The notes beneath the pieces were generated by a model that did not search any database, had not been told where the DNA came from, and saw only the letters and a program-made list of their open reading frames with translations. Both the position numbers and the translations under genes were made by a program. This document shows positions 38,570 to 47,651 of a stretch of DNA of 64,000 nucleotides, in pieces. Source of the DNA: an uncultured Anaerolineae bacterium (GTDB lineage: Bacteria; Chloroflexota; Anaerolineae; Promineifilales; Promineifilaceae); the NCBI GenBank assembly GCA_937943625.1, contig CALEAD010000005.1, forward strand, positions 12,630 to 76,629. Direction: 5' to 3'. Position 1 is the first letter of the stretch. Each line of letters starts with the position of its first letter.

Positions 38570-39262
38570 ATGAAAGCACTGATTGTAGATGATGACTTGC
38601 CTCTGGCTGATGTGTTGGCCTTTACCCTGCGACGCGCCGGGTTTGAGACGGTGTTGGCGCACGATGGCGTGGCGGCGCTGGAAAAGTGGCAGCAACAGCG
38701 TCCTGACGTCATCATCCTTGACCTCAATTTGCCGCGCCTGGACGGGTTTACCGTCTGTCGCCAGATTCGTGCCCACGACGATACCCCCATCATCATGCTC
38801 ACGGTGCGCGATGACGAAGACGATATTGTGGCCGGTCTGAAGTTGGGCGCGGACGATTACGTGCTTAAGCCGTTCAGCCCGCGCCAGGTGCTGGCGCGCG
38901 TGGAGGCGGTGCTGCGCCGTGCTGGTGCGCCCCCCATTACCCCGGAACCGATCTGCGCGGCCGGGCTGACGCTGGATATGCAGCGCCTGGAGCTGTGCCG
39001 TGCCCCAGGAGAAACGGTTAATCTGACGCGCCTGGAAGCGCGCCTACTGGAAATTTTGATGCGCAATGCCGGTCAGGTGATCCCGGCGGAGGCGCTGATC
39101 GAGTACGTCTGGGGTGCAGAAGGGGGCGACCGGGCGATGCTGAAGCAGTTGGTTTACCGCCTGCGGCGCAAAGCGGATGCGGTGCTAAACCTTTCTGTGC
39201 ACCTGGAAACGATTGCCGGCGTGGGGTATACCTTTGAAGTGGGGCATGAACAAGGGGAGTGA
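38570..39262 (+). CDS. OmpR-family response regulator
   Basis: REC domain (ALIVDDD ... ILDLNLP ... K) plus a winged-helix C-terminus (LTRLEARLLEILM ... GVGYTF). Confidence 0.8.
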   Translation: MKALIVDDDLPLADVLAFTLRRAGFETVLAHDGVAALEKWQQQRPDVIILDLNLPRLDGFTVCRQIRAHDDTPIIMLTVRDDEDDIVAGLKLGADDYVLKPFSPRQVLARVEAVLRRAGAPPITPEPICAAGLTLDMQRLELCRAPGETVNLTRLEARLLEILMRNAGQVIPAEALIEYVWGAEGGDRAMLKQLVYRLRRKADAVLNLSVHLETIAGVGYTFEVGHEQGE

Positions 39263-40856
39263 GCCGGCGCAGGGGATTGGGCGGCGGCTGTCGTCGCGCC
39301 TGATTGTGCTCTTTGTGGGGATGATTGTGGCCACGGCCGTTGCTGCTGCTGCCATCGCCTACGGGTTGATTGCCACCGAGATGGAGCGCCAGGCCTGGGC
39401 GCGCGTGCGCAATGGTGAGCGCGCAACGCTGGCGCTGTTGGCGCTGGAGCGCGAGCGGCTAGACGCGCTGGTGACGCTTTCTACGCAGCACCCGGCGCTG
39501 CGGCAGGCGCTGCAAGCTGGTGATAAGCGCGCCGTTGAAGCGTATGTGGCGCAGTACCAACAGGGGGCCAGGGTAGATTTGTTGCTCATCCACGACGCCG
39601 CCGGAGAATTGGTTGCCAGGGGGGAAACGGCCGTTAGCTGCGAACCCAGCTTCGAGAAACTTACCGATTACTGCCTCTTCCTGGAAGAGATGCCGCTGCT
39701 GACGCTGTTTGGCGGCAACGCTATCTTTGCCGAACCAGATGGCACCTTGTTGGGCTACGTTACCATTGGCCGCACCCTGAACAACAACTTTGCCCAGGAA
39801 CTGGCGGCGCAGACTGGCGTGGAGCACAGCTTTTTCGTGGCGGATGAGCGCATTGCCAGCAGCCTGCCCGCTGGCGCGCCCAACCTGCCTGCGCCCCTGT
39901 TTGCGGCGGTGATGCAGCAGGGGCAGCCCCTCAGCCATACGCTTGCCTTTGCCGGTGGGCATTATTATGCGCTGCTGTATCCTCTGCGGCTGGCAAACAA
40001 TGAGGTGTTGGCCGTAGGCGAGATTGCTGTGCCCGTGGATGACCTGATGCTGGCGCGGCGGCAAATTTTGCTGACGCTGGTGGCCAGCACGCTGCTGATT
40101 GCGGCCACGGGTTCGATTACGGCCGTACTCCTGCGCAACGCCATGCAAGATGAAGCGTTGCAACATCTGCGCGCCTATTTCCTCGCCAGTATTACCCACG
40201 AATTTCGCACCCCGCTGGCCGCCCTGCGCGCCTCCGTTGAATTTCTCGCCGATGAAATGACGCACCTTTCGCGCCAAGAAATTAATGATCTGCTGCACGC
40301 CATCCACATGAGCGTCAGTCGCCTGCAAACGCTGATTGACAACCTGCTGGAAAGTGTCAGCATTGAAGCGGGGCAATTTGCCATTCGCGCCAAAGCTGTT
40401 GCTCTCGCAGAGCCGATTCAGGATGCGGCGCGCGTGATGCAGCCGCTGCTTTCGCGGCGGCAGCAGCAGCTGCAGGTGCGTGTGCCCGCGGAATTGCCGC
40501 CGGTATGGGGCGACCCGCTACGCCTGACGCAGGTGCTGGTAAACTTATTGGCTAATGCCAGCAAGTATGGCCCCATCGGGCAGACGATTGCGATCAGTGC
40601 GGAACTGGTAAACGGCCGTTTTGTGCGCGTTTCTGTGGCCGACCAGGGTCCGGGCGTGCCGCCCGCCACCCAAGAAAAACTGTTCCGCCGCTTTGCCCAC
40701 CTGAACCTACGCGACGGCGCACAGCACGGCTTGGGGCTGGGGCTATGGGTGGTCAACGCCATTATCACTGCGCACGGCGGCGAAGTGGGCGTAGATACTC
40801 CTACCGCAGGTGGGGCCGTGTTTTGGTTTACCGTACCGTTGACCGCAGACAACTGA
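39246..40856 (+). CDS. Sensor histidine kinase with large extracytoplasmic domain
   Basis: Two TM segments flank a loop of about 270 aa. H-box ITHEFRTPL and HATPase_c (DQGPGV, GLGLGLW). It overlaps the regulator gene end. Confidence 0.75.
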   Translation: MNKGSEPAQGIGRRLSSRLIVLFVGMIVATAVAAAAIAYGLIATEMERQAWARVRNGERATLALLALERERLDALVTLSTQHPALRQALQAGDKRAVEAYVAQYQQGARVDLLLIHDAAGELVARGETAVSCEPSFEKLTDYCLFLEEMPLLTLFGGNAIFAEPDGTLLGYVTIGRTLNNNFAQELAAQTGVEHSFFVADERIASSLPAGAPNLPAPLFAAVMQQGQPLSHTLAFAGGHYYALLYPLRLANNEVLAVGEIAVPVDDLMLARRQILLTLVASTLLIAATGSITAVLLRNAMQDEALQHLRAYFLASITHEFRTPLAALRASVEFLADEMTHLSRQEINDLLHAIHMSVSRLQTLIDNLLESVSIEAGQFAIRAKAVALAEPIQDAARVMQPLLSRRQQQLQVRVPAELPPVWGDPLRLTQVLVNLLANASKYGPIGQTIAISAELVNGRFVRVSVADQGPGVPPATQEKLFRRFAHLNLRDGAQHGLGLGLWVVNAIITAHGGEVGVDTPTAGGAVFWFTVPLTADN

Positions 40857-40857
40857 C

Positions 40858-40906
40858 GCCGACGGCGGTCGGCCGTCAGCCGTCAGCAGTTGCCCGTCGG
40901 CGGTCA
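40858..40906. repeat. Tandem heptamer array (7 units)
   Basis: Units are GCCGACG GCGGTCG GCCGTCA GCCGTCA GCAGTTG CCCGTCG GCGGTCA, followed by an A-run. It starts immediately after the kinase stop. Confidence 0.9.
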
Positions 40907-41224
40907 AAAAATCTGCCACGTACCTCGTCACAACATCTCCCCCGTCCCCTCATTGTTACCAATTTGTTACCGATTGGTGACTGTGCCTGTTACCTCCCTG
41001 CTCTAAACTAACTAGCGTCTAGGGTTGGTCTGCTGCAATGCTCAATTTGGTGCATTGATTTGACCGTAGACCGTAAGCCATGGGGCGTAAGAGCAGGGGG
41101 CTGCTTGTAGTCCCGCGGGCGATTGATCGCCCACCTCAATCATAGCGCCCCGTCAACAGGGCTTGTCGCCACGCCCACAAGCGCGCATGCACAGCCCAGT
41201 TTACCAGGCGCCGTTCCGTGGCTA

Positions 41225-41455
41225 GGGGACTTTATCCCCCGGCAATCATGGGCCATCATGAATGAAAGAAAATGGTAAGCAGGTTGCCGAACCTGCGCGT
41301 ACTAGGTTTGGCAACCTGGGCAAACATTTACTGAAGAGACGCGGAGAGTGGGAGACTTCATGCGTGGGTGCACTCCCACAAATGAAAAGTGCCAACAATG
41401 AATAGGGGCGAATAAGCAAATGAGTTGATGGGCGGCCGTCGGCGGTCTGTTTTTC
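41225..41455 (+). repeat. Composite spacer repeat, copy C (one and a half units)
   Basis: GGGGACTTTAT...CATCATGAATGAAAG...TTGCCGAACC-N9-GGTTTGGCAACCTGGGC, then a second GGGAGACTTCATGCGTGGGTGCACTCCCACAAATGAAAAG unit, then AATGAATAGGGGCGAATAAGCAAATGAG and heptamers. Confidence 0.65.
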
Positions 41456-41472
41456 AAGGGAGGTTAATCGTA

Positions 41473-42033
41473 ATGAAGGTGATGGACTTGATCCGTAAGC
41501 TAAGCAGCCCGGAAAACAAACGGGTTCTAGAGGCGGTGGAAGAATTGCGGGTGAGGGGGTGGCTAAGCGACGGCTCTCTGGCGGGCGTGCCGCTTTGCCA
41601 CGTGCGCATGGAAAATGCGGATTTAATGGATGCAGACCTGCGCGACGTGGACTTTCATCAGGCGCAGTTACAGTGGGCAGACCTGAGCCGCGCCAATTTG
41701 CAAGGCGCCAAACTGACGCGCGCCAATTTGCAGGGGGCCAATTTTAGCGAGGCGAACCTGCGCGGCGCTGATATGTTCAAGGCGAATTTATTTGAGGCGC
41801 GCAATTTGCGGCCAGAGCAGCTGGCACAGGCTTCGCGGCTGTGGGGCGCCATTATGCCTGATGAGGAGACGTATGACGGCCGTTACAACCTACCCGGTGA
41901 CCGCAAATTTGCCGAGTGGGGGCGCGTGAACGTGGATGACCCAGAGGCGATGGCCAAATTTTTTGGCGTCTCCCTGGAAACTTACCTGCGCGGCCAGGAA
42001 CTGGGCAAGCAGGTAATTACGGCTGAAGCGTAA
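41473..42033 (+). CDS. Pentapeptide-repeat protein
   Basis: Tandem A(D/N)LxG units: ADLSRANLQGAKLTRANLQGANFSEANLRGADMFKANL. GGGAGG lies upstream. Confidence 0.7.
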   Translation: MKVMDLIRKLSSPENKRVLEAVEELRVRGWLSDGSLAGVPLCHVRMENADLMDADLRDVDFHQAQLQWADLSRANLQGAKLTRANLQGANFSEANLRGADMFKANLFEARNLRPEQLAQASRLWGAIMPDEETYDGRYNLPGDRKFAEWGRVNVDDPEAMAKFFGVSLETYLRGQELGKQVITAEA

Positions 42034-42085
42034 ACCGTGAACCATCATCCATGAGCGGTTTACGGCTGACGACGGAGACAACCGC

Positions 42086-42628
42086 ATGATTGATTTGTTA
42101 TTAATCCTGGTCACACTGGTATTTGCCGTGCAGGCGTTTCGCGCTGCGCGCTTACTTTCGGCGGCGCTGTGGCTGGCGGGTGTCAGCGTCTTGTTGGCTA
42201 TCTTCTTCTTTCGTCTGGGTGCGCCGCAGGTCGCCGTCATTGAGCTGAGCGTGGGTGCAGGCCTGGTGACGGTGCTGTTTGTCTTTGCCATTAGCGTCGC
42301 TGGGGATGAGCCGGTGGCGCTGCGCAGTTTGCTACCCTGGCCGTTGGCGGCGGCGCTGGCGTTAGGTGCGGCGGCGCTGCTCGGCTGGCTGACGCTCCCG
42401 CTGGTTGGGGTGGAGGGCGCACTGGCAGAACGGCCGTTGGCCGAACTCCTCTGGCAGCAGCGTGGATTAGACATGCTAGGCCAGGTGGTGATTATCTTTT
42501 GCGGTGTGCTGGGCATGTTGGGGTTGCTGGCAGAAGCTAAAGCGCCCCTGCGCCAGCCGGTAGCCGCAGAAGTGGCCGCCCGCCGCGAGCGTGAACTTGA
42601 GGAGATGCAGCAGAAGGCGTTGCCGTGA
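42086..42628 (+). CDS. MbhD/MbhE (MnhB, DUF4040)-like membrane subunit
   Basis: APQVAVIELSVGAGL is a DUF4040 signature. 180 aa with 5 TM segments. First gene of the hydrogenase operon. Confidence 0.6.
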   Translation: MIDLLLILVTLVFAVQAFRAARLLSAALWLAGVSVLLAIFFFRLGAPQVAVIELSVGAGLVTVLFVFAISVAGDEPVALRSLLPWPLAAALALGAAALLGWLTLPLVGVEGALAERPLAELLWQQRGLDMLGQVVIIFCGVLGMLGLLAEAKAPLRQPVAAEVAARRERELEEMQQKALP

Positions 42629-42671
42629 AACGGGGTGAAAATCTTTTCATGTTTCAGCCAGGGGACTGACT

Positions 42672-42977
42672 ATGACATTATTAAACATTGGACTGATTGG
42701 CGTGCTGGGGCTGCTGGGTGTGGGTTTCTATGGCCTGCTGACCAGCCGCAACCTGATCAAGGTGATCATTGCCCTGCAAATTTTGGCCAAAGCGGCCGTG
42801 TTGGCGCTGCTGGTGGCGGGCAATGCCAGCGGACAGATCGGCCTGGGGCAAAGTGTGGCTATCACAGTGATTGTGGCAGACACCATCGTGGCGGTGATTG
42901 GCATGGCGCTGGCCATTCAGGTGCGGCGGCAGATGCACACGCTGGATGTGGTGGAACTGGCACGGCTGCGAGGGTGA
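42672..42977 (+). CDS. NuoK/MnhC/MbhG-like membrane subunit
   Basis: 101 aa with 3 TM segments and a NuoK-like pattern (GLLTSRNLIKVIIALQIL). Confidence 0.65.
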   Translation: MTLLNIGLIGVLGLLGVGFYGLLTSRNLIKVIIALQILAKAAVLALLVAGNASGQIGLGQSVAITVIVADTIVAVIGMALAIQVRRQMHTLDVVELARLRG

Positions 42978-42980
42978 GCA

Positions 42981-44744
42981 ATGGCGACCTGGTTGATGTG
43001 GATGACAATTGGCGTGCCCTGGTTGGGCGCGTTGCTGGTATGGCGCTTGGGGGATGAACGGCCGAATGCGCAGCACCATGCGGCGGCGGTTTTTTCGCTG
43101 TTAGCGGGCGGGACGGCGCTGGCGTTGCTGCCTTTTGTGGGGGAAACGGCCGTTTCCCGCATTCCCGTCGGCGGCGTTTTTGGCGATTTCACCCTGGTGG
43201 CGGATGGGCTGGGCGTCTTTTTGGCCATTGTGGCCACAGTGGTAGGCAGCCTGGCCGTCATCTTCTCCGGCGCCTACATGCACGGTGCGGCGCAGTTGGG
43301 GCGCTATTATGCCCTGGTGCTGCTCTTCATAGGCGCAATGGCCGGGCTGGTGCTGGCGGGTGGCTTTTTACTGCTCTTCTTTTTCTGGGAAATTACCGCG
43401 CTTTGCTCCTATGCCCTCATCTCCTTCCATAATGACGACCCCAAGGCGGTCAGCGGCGGCGTCAAGGCGCTGATTATGACGCAGGTGGGCGGCGTAGGGC
43501 TGCTGGGTCTGGCGCTGCTGGCCTATGGCTACCTGAGCAGCTATGAGATCAATACCTTTTTGGCCCAGGCGCACACCTTGCCGGCAGCCGTTCTCAGCAT
43601 TGCCGCATTTGGCGCCCTGGCGGCGGCGGCGGCCAAGTCGGCGCAGGTTCCTTTTCAAACCTGGCTGCCCGATGCGATGGAAGCTCCTTCGCCCGTTTCG
43701 GCGCTGATTCATGCGGCGACGATGGTGAACGCCGGCGTCTACCTGCTGGCGCGACTATATCCCGCTTTTGCCGCTGTGCCGGGCTGGAAAACGGCCGTGC
43801 TCACCGTAGGTCTGCTTTCTGCCTTGTTGGCCGCCTTTATGGCGCTGACGGCGCATGACCTGAAGCGGGCGTTGGCCTACTCAACCGTCAGCCAGTTGGG
43901 GTACATGGTGTATGCGGTGGGCGTGGGCGGCGTGTTTGCCAGCCAGTTTCATTTGCTCAGCCACGCCGTGTTTAAGGCGCTGCTCTTTCTCAGCGCCGGT
44001 GCGGTCATTCATGCTGTTGGCACACGGGATATGCGGCAAATGGGCGGCCTGGGGGCGATGATGCCTTTCGTGCGCGCCGTTTTTCTTGCCGGGGCGCTGG
44101 CGCTGGCGGGGCTGCCGCTGGCAAATGGCTTCTTTAGCAAGGAGCTGGTGCTGGAAGAGGGGCTGCATCATGGGCCGCTGTGGGCTTATGTGGGCATGTT
44201 GCTGGGTGCAGGGCTGACGGCGCTGTATACGCTGCGCATGGTGGCGATGGTATTTTATGGGGAAACGGCCGTTACGCGGCGCGTGCATGATGCTTCGCCA
44301 CGAATGCAGCTTCCCCTGGGCGTGCTGACTTTTGGCTCACTGACCACCTGGCTGCTGGCAGGGCCGTTTACGCGCTTACTGGCGCAAACCTTGCCCTATC
44401 ACGCCCTGAAGGAAATGACGACACTGGAAATGGCCGTAGAAATCCTCACCGCCCCCGCTACTGCTCTGGCGCTGCTGGTGATTGGCCTGGGGCTGTCAGC
44501 CTGGCTGCTGCGCCATCGCCTGCATCGCTGGCAACGGCCGTTGCACCCGCTGGCACAGGCCGCTGTGCAGAGCTTTGGTTTTGAGCGCATCAATCAGCAA
44601 CTGACAGTGGGCACAAAAGGCGCGGCGGCTGTACTAAGCCGCACGCAAACGGGTCAACTAAACTGGAACGTGGCCGCGATTGTCGGCGCGTTGCTGCTGG
44701 TGTTGGTGGTGTTGAGTTGGATAGTTGGATGGTTAGTTGGATAG
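42981..44744 (+). CDS. NuoL/MrpA-like antiporter-type subunit with C-terminal lateral-helix region
   Basis: 587 aa with the Proton_antipo_M core (WLPDAMEAPSPVSALIHAATMV). The C-terminal amphipathic stretch plus a final TM segment resembles NuoL. Confidence 0.75.
   Translation: MATWLMWMTIGVPWLGALLVWRLGDERPNAQHHAAAVFSLLAGGTALALLPFVGETAVSRIPVGGVFGDFTLVADGLGVFLAIVATVVGSLAVIFSGAYMHGAAQLGRYYALVLLFIGAMAGLVLAGGFLLLFFFWEITALCSYALISFHNDDPKAVSGGVKALIMTQVGGVGLLGLALLAYGYLSSYEINTFLAQAHTLPAAVLSIAAFGALAAAAAKSAQVPFQTWLPDAMEAPSPVSALIHAATMVNAGVYLLARLYPAFAAVPGWKTAVLTVGLLSALLAAFMALTAHDLKRALAYSTVSQLGYMVYAVGVGGVFASQFHLLSHAVFKALLFLSAGAVIHAVGTRDMRQMGGLGAMMPFVRAVFLAGALALAGLPLANGFFSKELVLEEGLHHGPLWAYVGMLLGAGLTALYTLRMVAMVFYGETAVTRRVHDASPRMQLPLGVLTFGSLTTWLLAGPFTRLLAQTLPYHALKEMTTLEMAVEILTAPATALALLVIGLGLSAWLLRHRLHRWQRPLHPLAQAAVQSFGFERINQQLTVGTKGAAAVLSRTQTGQLNWNVAAIVGALLLVLVVLSWIVGWLVG
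43141..43158. repeat. Perfect 18-nt palindrome GGGAAACGGCCGTTTCCC, the longest instance of the iterated ACGGCCGT palindrome
   Basis: Read directly from the sequence. It lies inside the NuoL-like gene, where it encodes GETAVS. Confidence 0.95.
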
Positions 44745-44785
44745 GTTAGCCTGTTTGTTTGCCAACCAACCCTTTGGGAAACAAC

Positions 44786-46336
44786 ATGATGGAAACATCG
44801 CCGCTATTCTGGTTAATTGCTCTGCCGCTGCTGGCGACGCCACTGGTCTACCTGAGCGGCCACCTGGCGCAAACGGTGACGCGCCGTGAGACGGTGAACG
44901 GCCGTGTGGCCCGTGACGTGGCTCTAGCGGCGCTGCTGGCCTGCTGGCTGCCCTTCACCTGGGCGGCGCGCGAACTGGCGCACATCAGTGCGGCGCACAC
45001 GGACGCCCTGACCTTTGGGTGGGGTGGGCTGGCGCTGCGCCTGGATGGGTTGAGTTTGTTGCTAACGGTCGTTGCCCTGGGGTTAGGCACGCTGGTTGCC
45101 TTCTACTCTGGCCCTTACCTGGCCGCTGACCGGGGGCAAGAAAAGTATTACGCCATGCTCGTGGCCATCGTCGGCATCATGATCGCCCTCGGCTGTGCCG
45201 CTGACCTGTTTAACCTGTGGGTCTGGTTCGAGGCGATGGCGGTCGCTTCCTATTTACTGGTCGCTTTCTATCACGAACAGCCCACCTCGCTGGAAGCGGG
45301 CGTCAAGTACCTGGTGCAAAGCGCCGTTGGCTCCATCCTGGTGCTGTTGGGCATCGGCCTGGTGTTGGCGCATACGGCCACGCTCGACTTGCAGGAGATT
45401 CGCGCATTTGTGGCGACGCAAGGCGCGCTTTCGCCCATGCTGTTGGCGGCGGGTGCGCTCTTTCTGATTGGCTTTGGCGTAAAGGTGGCGCTGGTGCCGC
45501 TGCACACCTGGCTGCCAGACGCGCATTCGCAGGCCCCTAGCGGCATCAGCGCCATGCTCTCTGGCGTGGTGATTGAGGCGGGGCTGGTGGCGCTGCTGCG
45601 TTCGCTGGGGCCGCTAACGGCCGTTGCCGGGACAGCCACGGCCTGGGCAGTGTTGCTAGCCTGCTTTGGCGTGCTGAACATGCTGGTGGGCAATTTGCTG
45701 GCACTGCGGCAGACCCAGGTCAAGCGCATGTTGGCCTACTCCAGCCTGGTGCACGTGGGCTATATGCTGGTGGGGGTGAGCGTGGCGCTGTTTACGGGAA
45801 CGGCCGTTGGCGCGGCGGGCGGGCTGTTCCATTTGTTCAATCACGCCCTCATGAAAGGACTGGCCTTTTTGGCTGCCGGGGCGCTGCTCTACACCCTGCA
45901 CCTGGCGGTTGGCGACCATAACCCGCTGACAGTGAACGATCTGGCGGGCGCGGCGCGGCGCTATCCCCTGGCGGCGCTAACGCTTAGCCTGGCGCTGCTC
46001 AGCCTGGGCGGGCTGCCGCCCTTCGCCGGATTTATGTCCAAATGGCAAATTTTTGTCGCCGGTTTTCAGGCGCACAACGGCTGGGTAGCCGCCCTGGTGA
46101 TTTTTGCCGCGCTGAACAGCGTGCTTTCCCTGGCCTATTACGCGCCGCTGGTCAACTCGCTCTACCGCCTGAAATCATCCGAGCTGGTGTGGGCGGGCAA
46201 ACCAATGCCCCGTACCATGAGCGTGGCGCTGGCGCTGCTGGCGCTGCCAGTAGTGGCGATTGGCTTCTGGCCGGGGCTGATGCGCTGGTTGACGGAACCG
46301 GCGGGGCTGGCGCTGATGGCGCTGTTTGGTAAATGA
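44786..46336 (+). CDS. NuoN/NuoM/MrpD-like antiporter-type subunit
   Basis: About 517 aa with WLPDAHSQAPSGISAMLSGVVIEAG core motifs. Confidence 0.75.
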   Translation: MMETSPLFWLIALPLLATPLVYLSGHLAQTVTRRETVNGRVARDVALAALLACWLPFTWAARELAHISAAHTDALTFGWGGLALRLDGLSLLLTVVALGLGTLVAFYSGPYLAADRGQEKYYAMLVAIVGIMIALGCAADLFNLWVWFEAMAVASYLLVAFYHEQPTSLEAGVKYLVQSAVGSILVLLGIGLVLAHTATLDLQEIRAFVATQGALSPMLLAAGALFLIGFGVKVALVPLHTWLPDAHSQAPSGISAMLSGVVIEAGLVALLRSLGPLTAVAGTATAWAVLLACFGVLNMLVGNLLALRQTQVKRMLAYSSLVHVGYMLVGVSVALFTGTAVGAAGGLFHLFNHALMKGLAFLAAGALLYTLHLAVGDHNPLTVNDLAGAARRYPLAALTLSLALLSLGGLPPFAGFMSKWQIFVAGFQAHNGWVAALVIFAALNSVLSLAYYAPLVNSLYRLKSSELVWAGKPMPRTMSVALALLALPVVAIGFWPGLMRWLTEPAGLALMALFGK

Positions 46337-46662
46337 AAGGAATCAACATGAGCAATATCTTACTATCGCCTCCGATTGCTTTTTTGCTGTTTGTGCTGCT
46401 GGTGGGCGCGCTCTCTGGCATGGGGCGGCTGCTGGCGGGGCCAACGCAACAGACGGCGCTGAAGTCTAGCACCTATTCCAGTGGCGAAGCGCCGCCGACG
46501 GAAATGGCGGCGCCGGGGTACCGGCCGTTTTTTGTCGTTGCCCTCTTTTTTGCCATCTTGCACCTGGGGGTGTTGGTGTTGGGTGTAGGAGGCATGGGGT
46601 TGGCAACGGCCGTTTACCTCATTGGCCTGGCGCTGGCGTTGCTGGCGCTCATCGTGGGTTGA
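46333..46662 (+). CDS. Small 3-TM subunit, NuoA/ND3-like (tentative)
   Basis: 109 aa. The YSSGE loop and three TM segments resemble NuoA (YECG). An alternative ATG at 46348 has AAAGGAA upstream. Confidence 0.4.
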   Translation: MKGINMSNILLSPPIAFLLFVLLVGALSGMGRLLAGPTQQTALKSSTYSSGEAPPTEMAAPGYRPFFVVALFFAILHLGVLVLGVGGMGLATAVYLIGLALALLALIVG

Positions 46663-46680
46663 GTCGAAAGGAGCTGGCAG

Positions 46681-47181
46681 ATGATCCTCTCAGAAAAAGG
46701 CTGGCAAACCGTTTTTGACCGCATCAAAACCTGGGCGCGCGTCAATTCCCCCTGGGTCATTCATTTCAACAGCGGCTCCTGCAACGGCTGCGATATTGAA
46801 ATTTTGGCCACCATCACGCCGCGCTACGATCTGGAACGCTTTGGCGTGAAGTTGCAAGGCAGCCCGCGCCACGCCGACATCTTGCTCTGCACCGGCCCGG
46901 TCACGCGCCAGGCGCGCGAGCGGCTGCTGCGCGTCTACGAGCAGATGCCAGAACCAAAGTTTGTGGTGGCAATTGGCTCCTGCGCCCTTTCCGGCGGCGC
47001 CTTTCATGATTGCTACAACACCATGGGCGGCGTAGATCAGGTCATTCCCGTGGATGCGTACATCCCAGGCTGCCCGCCGCGCCCAGAAGCAATCATTGAT
47101 GGCGTGGTGAAGCTGCTGCAAAAGCTACAGCAGGGCGAGAAAGCAGAGGTTGGCGATCAGAAGCCTGGAGAGTTGAGCTGA
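46681..47181 (+). CDS. Group 4 [NiFe]-hydrogenase small subunit (NuoB-like)
   Basis: Cluster ligands SCNGCDIE, GSCALSGG and IPGCPP. AAGGAG 7 nt upstream. Confidence 0.8.
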   Translation: MILSEKGWQTVFDRIKTWARVNSPWVIHFNSGSCNGCDIEILATITPRYDLERFGVKLQGSPRHADILLCTGPVTRQARERLLRVYEQMPEPKFVVAIGSCALSGGAFHDCYNTMGGVDQVIPVDAYIPGCPPRPEAIIDGVVKLLQKLQQGEKAEVGDQKPGELS

Positions 47182-47651
47182 TGAAAACAACAGAGGAAAT
47201 TTTAACCCTGGCGCGCGAGATCGCCGGAGCATGGGATTGGACCACAGAAGTGACGCAGCCAGAACCAAATCGCCTGGATGTGCTGCTGCGTAATCCCGCT
47301 GACCTGGTGGCGATTGTGACGGCACTGCGCGTGAAGCGTTTGGGCTACCTGGCGGCCATCACCGGGCTGGATTTGGGCGCGGGTGAGCTGGAAGCCCTCT
47401 ACCATTTTTGCGCTGGCGAGGTGGTGATCACGCTGCGGGTGAGGCTGAATGGAAGAGAAACGGCCGTTGCCTCCCTCAGCGAACTTATCCCCAGTGCCGA
47501 ACCCTTTGAGCGCGAGCTGCGCGAAATGTACGGCGTCAACATCATTGGCCTGCCCTCACCCGACTACCTGTACCTGCCGGATGACTGGCCCGCGGGCGTT
47601 TACCCCATGCGCCAGGATTTTGATCCACAGGTTTTGTCGCGCAAAACGTGA
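47181..47651 (+). CDS. NuoC/HycE-N/MbhK-like subunit
   Basis: 156 aa with the PSAEPFERELREMYG motif of the 30-kDa subunit family. Confidence 0.7.
   Translation: MKTTEEILTLAREIAGAWDWTTEVTQPEPNRLDVLLRNPADLVAIVTALRVKRLGYLAAITGLDLGAGELEALYHFCAGEVVITLRVRLNGRETAVASLSELIPSAEPFERELREMYGVNIIGLPSPDYLYLPDDWPAGVYPMRQDFDPQVLSRKT

Noticed and set aside
42635-43057. A 140-aa ORF overlapping the NuoK-like and NuoL-like genes.
   Set aside because: It is out of frame with two ORFs that have clear antiporter-module motifs, and its composition is Gly/Arg/Ala-rich shadow.
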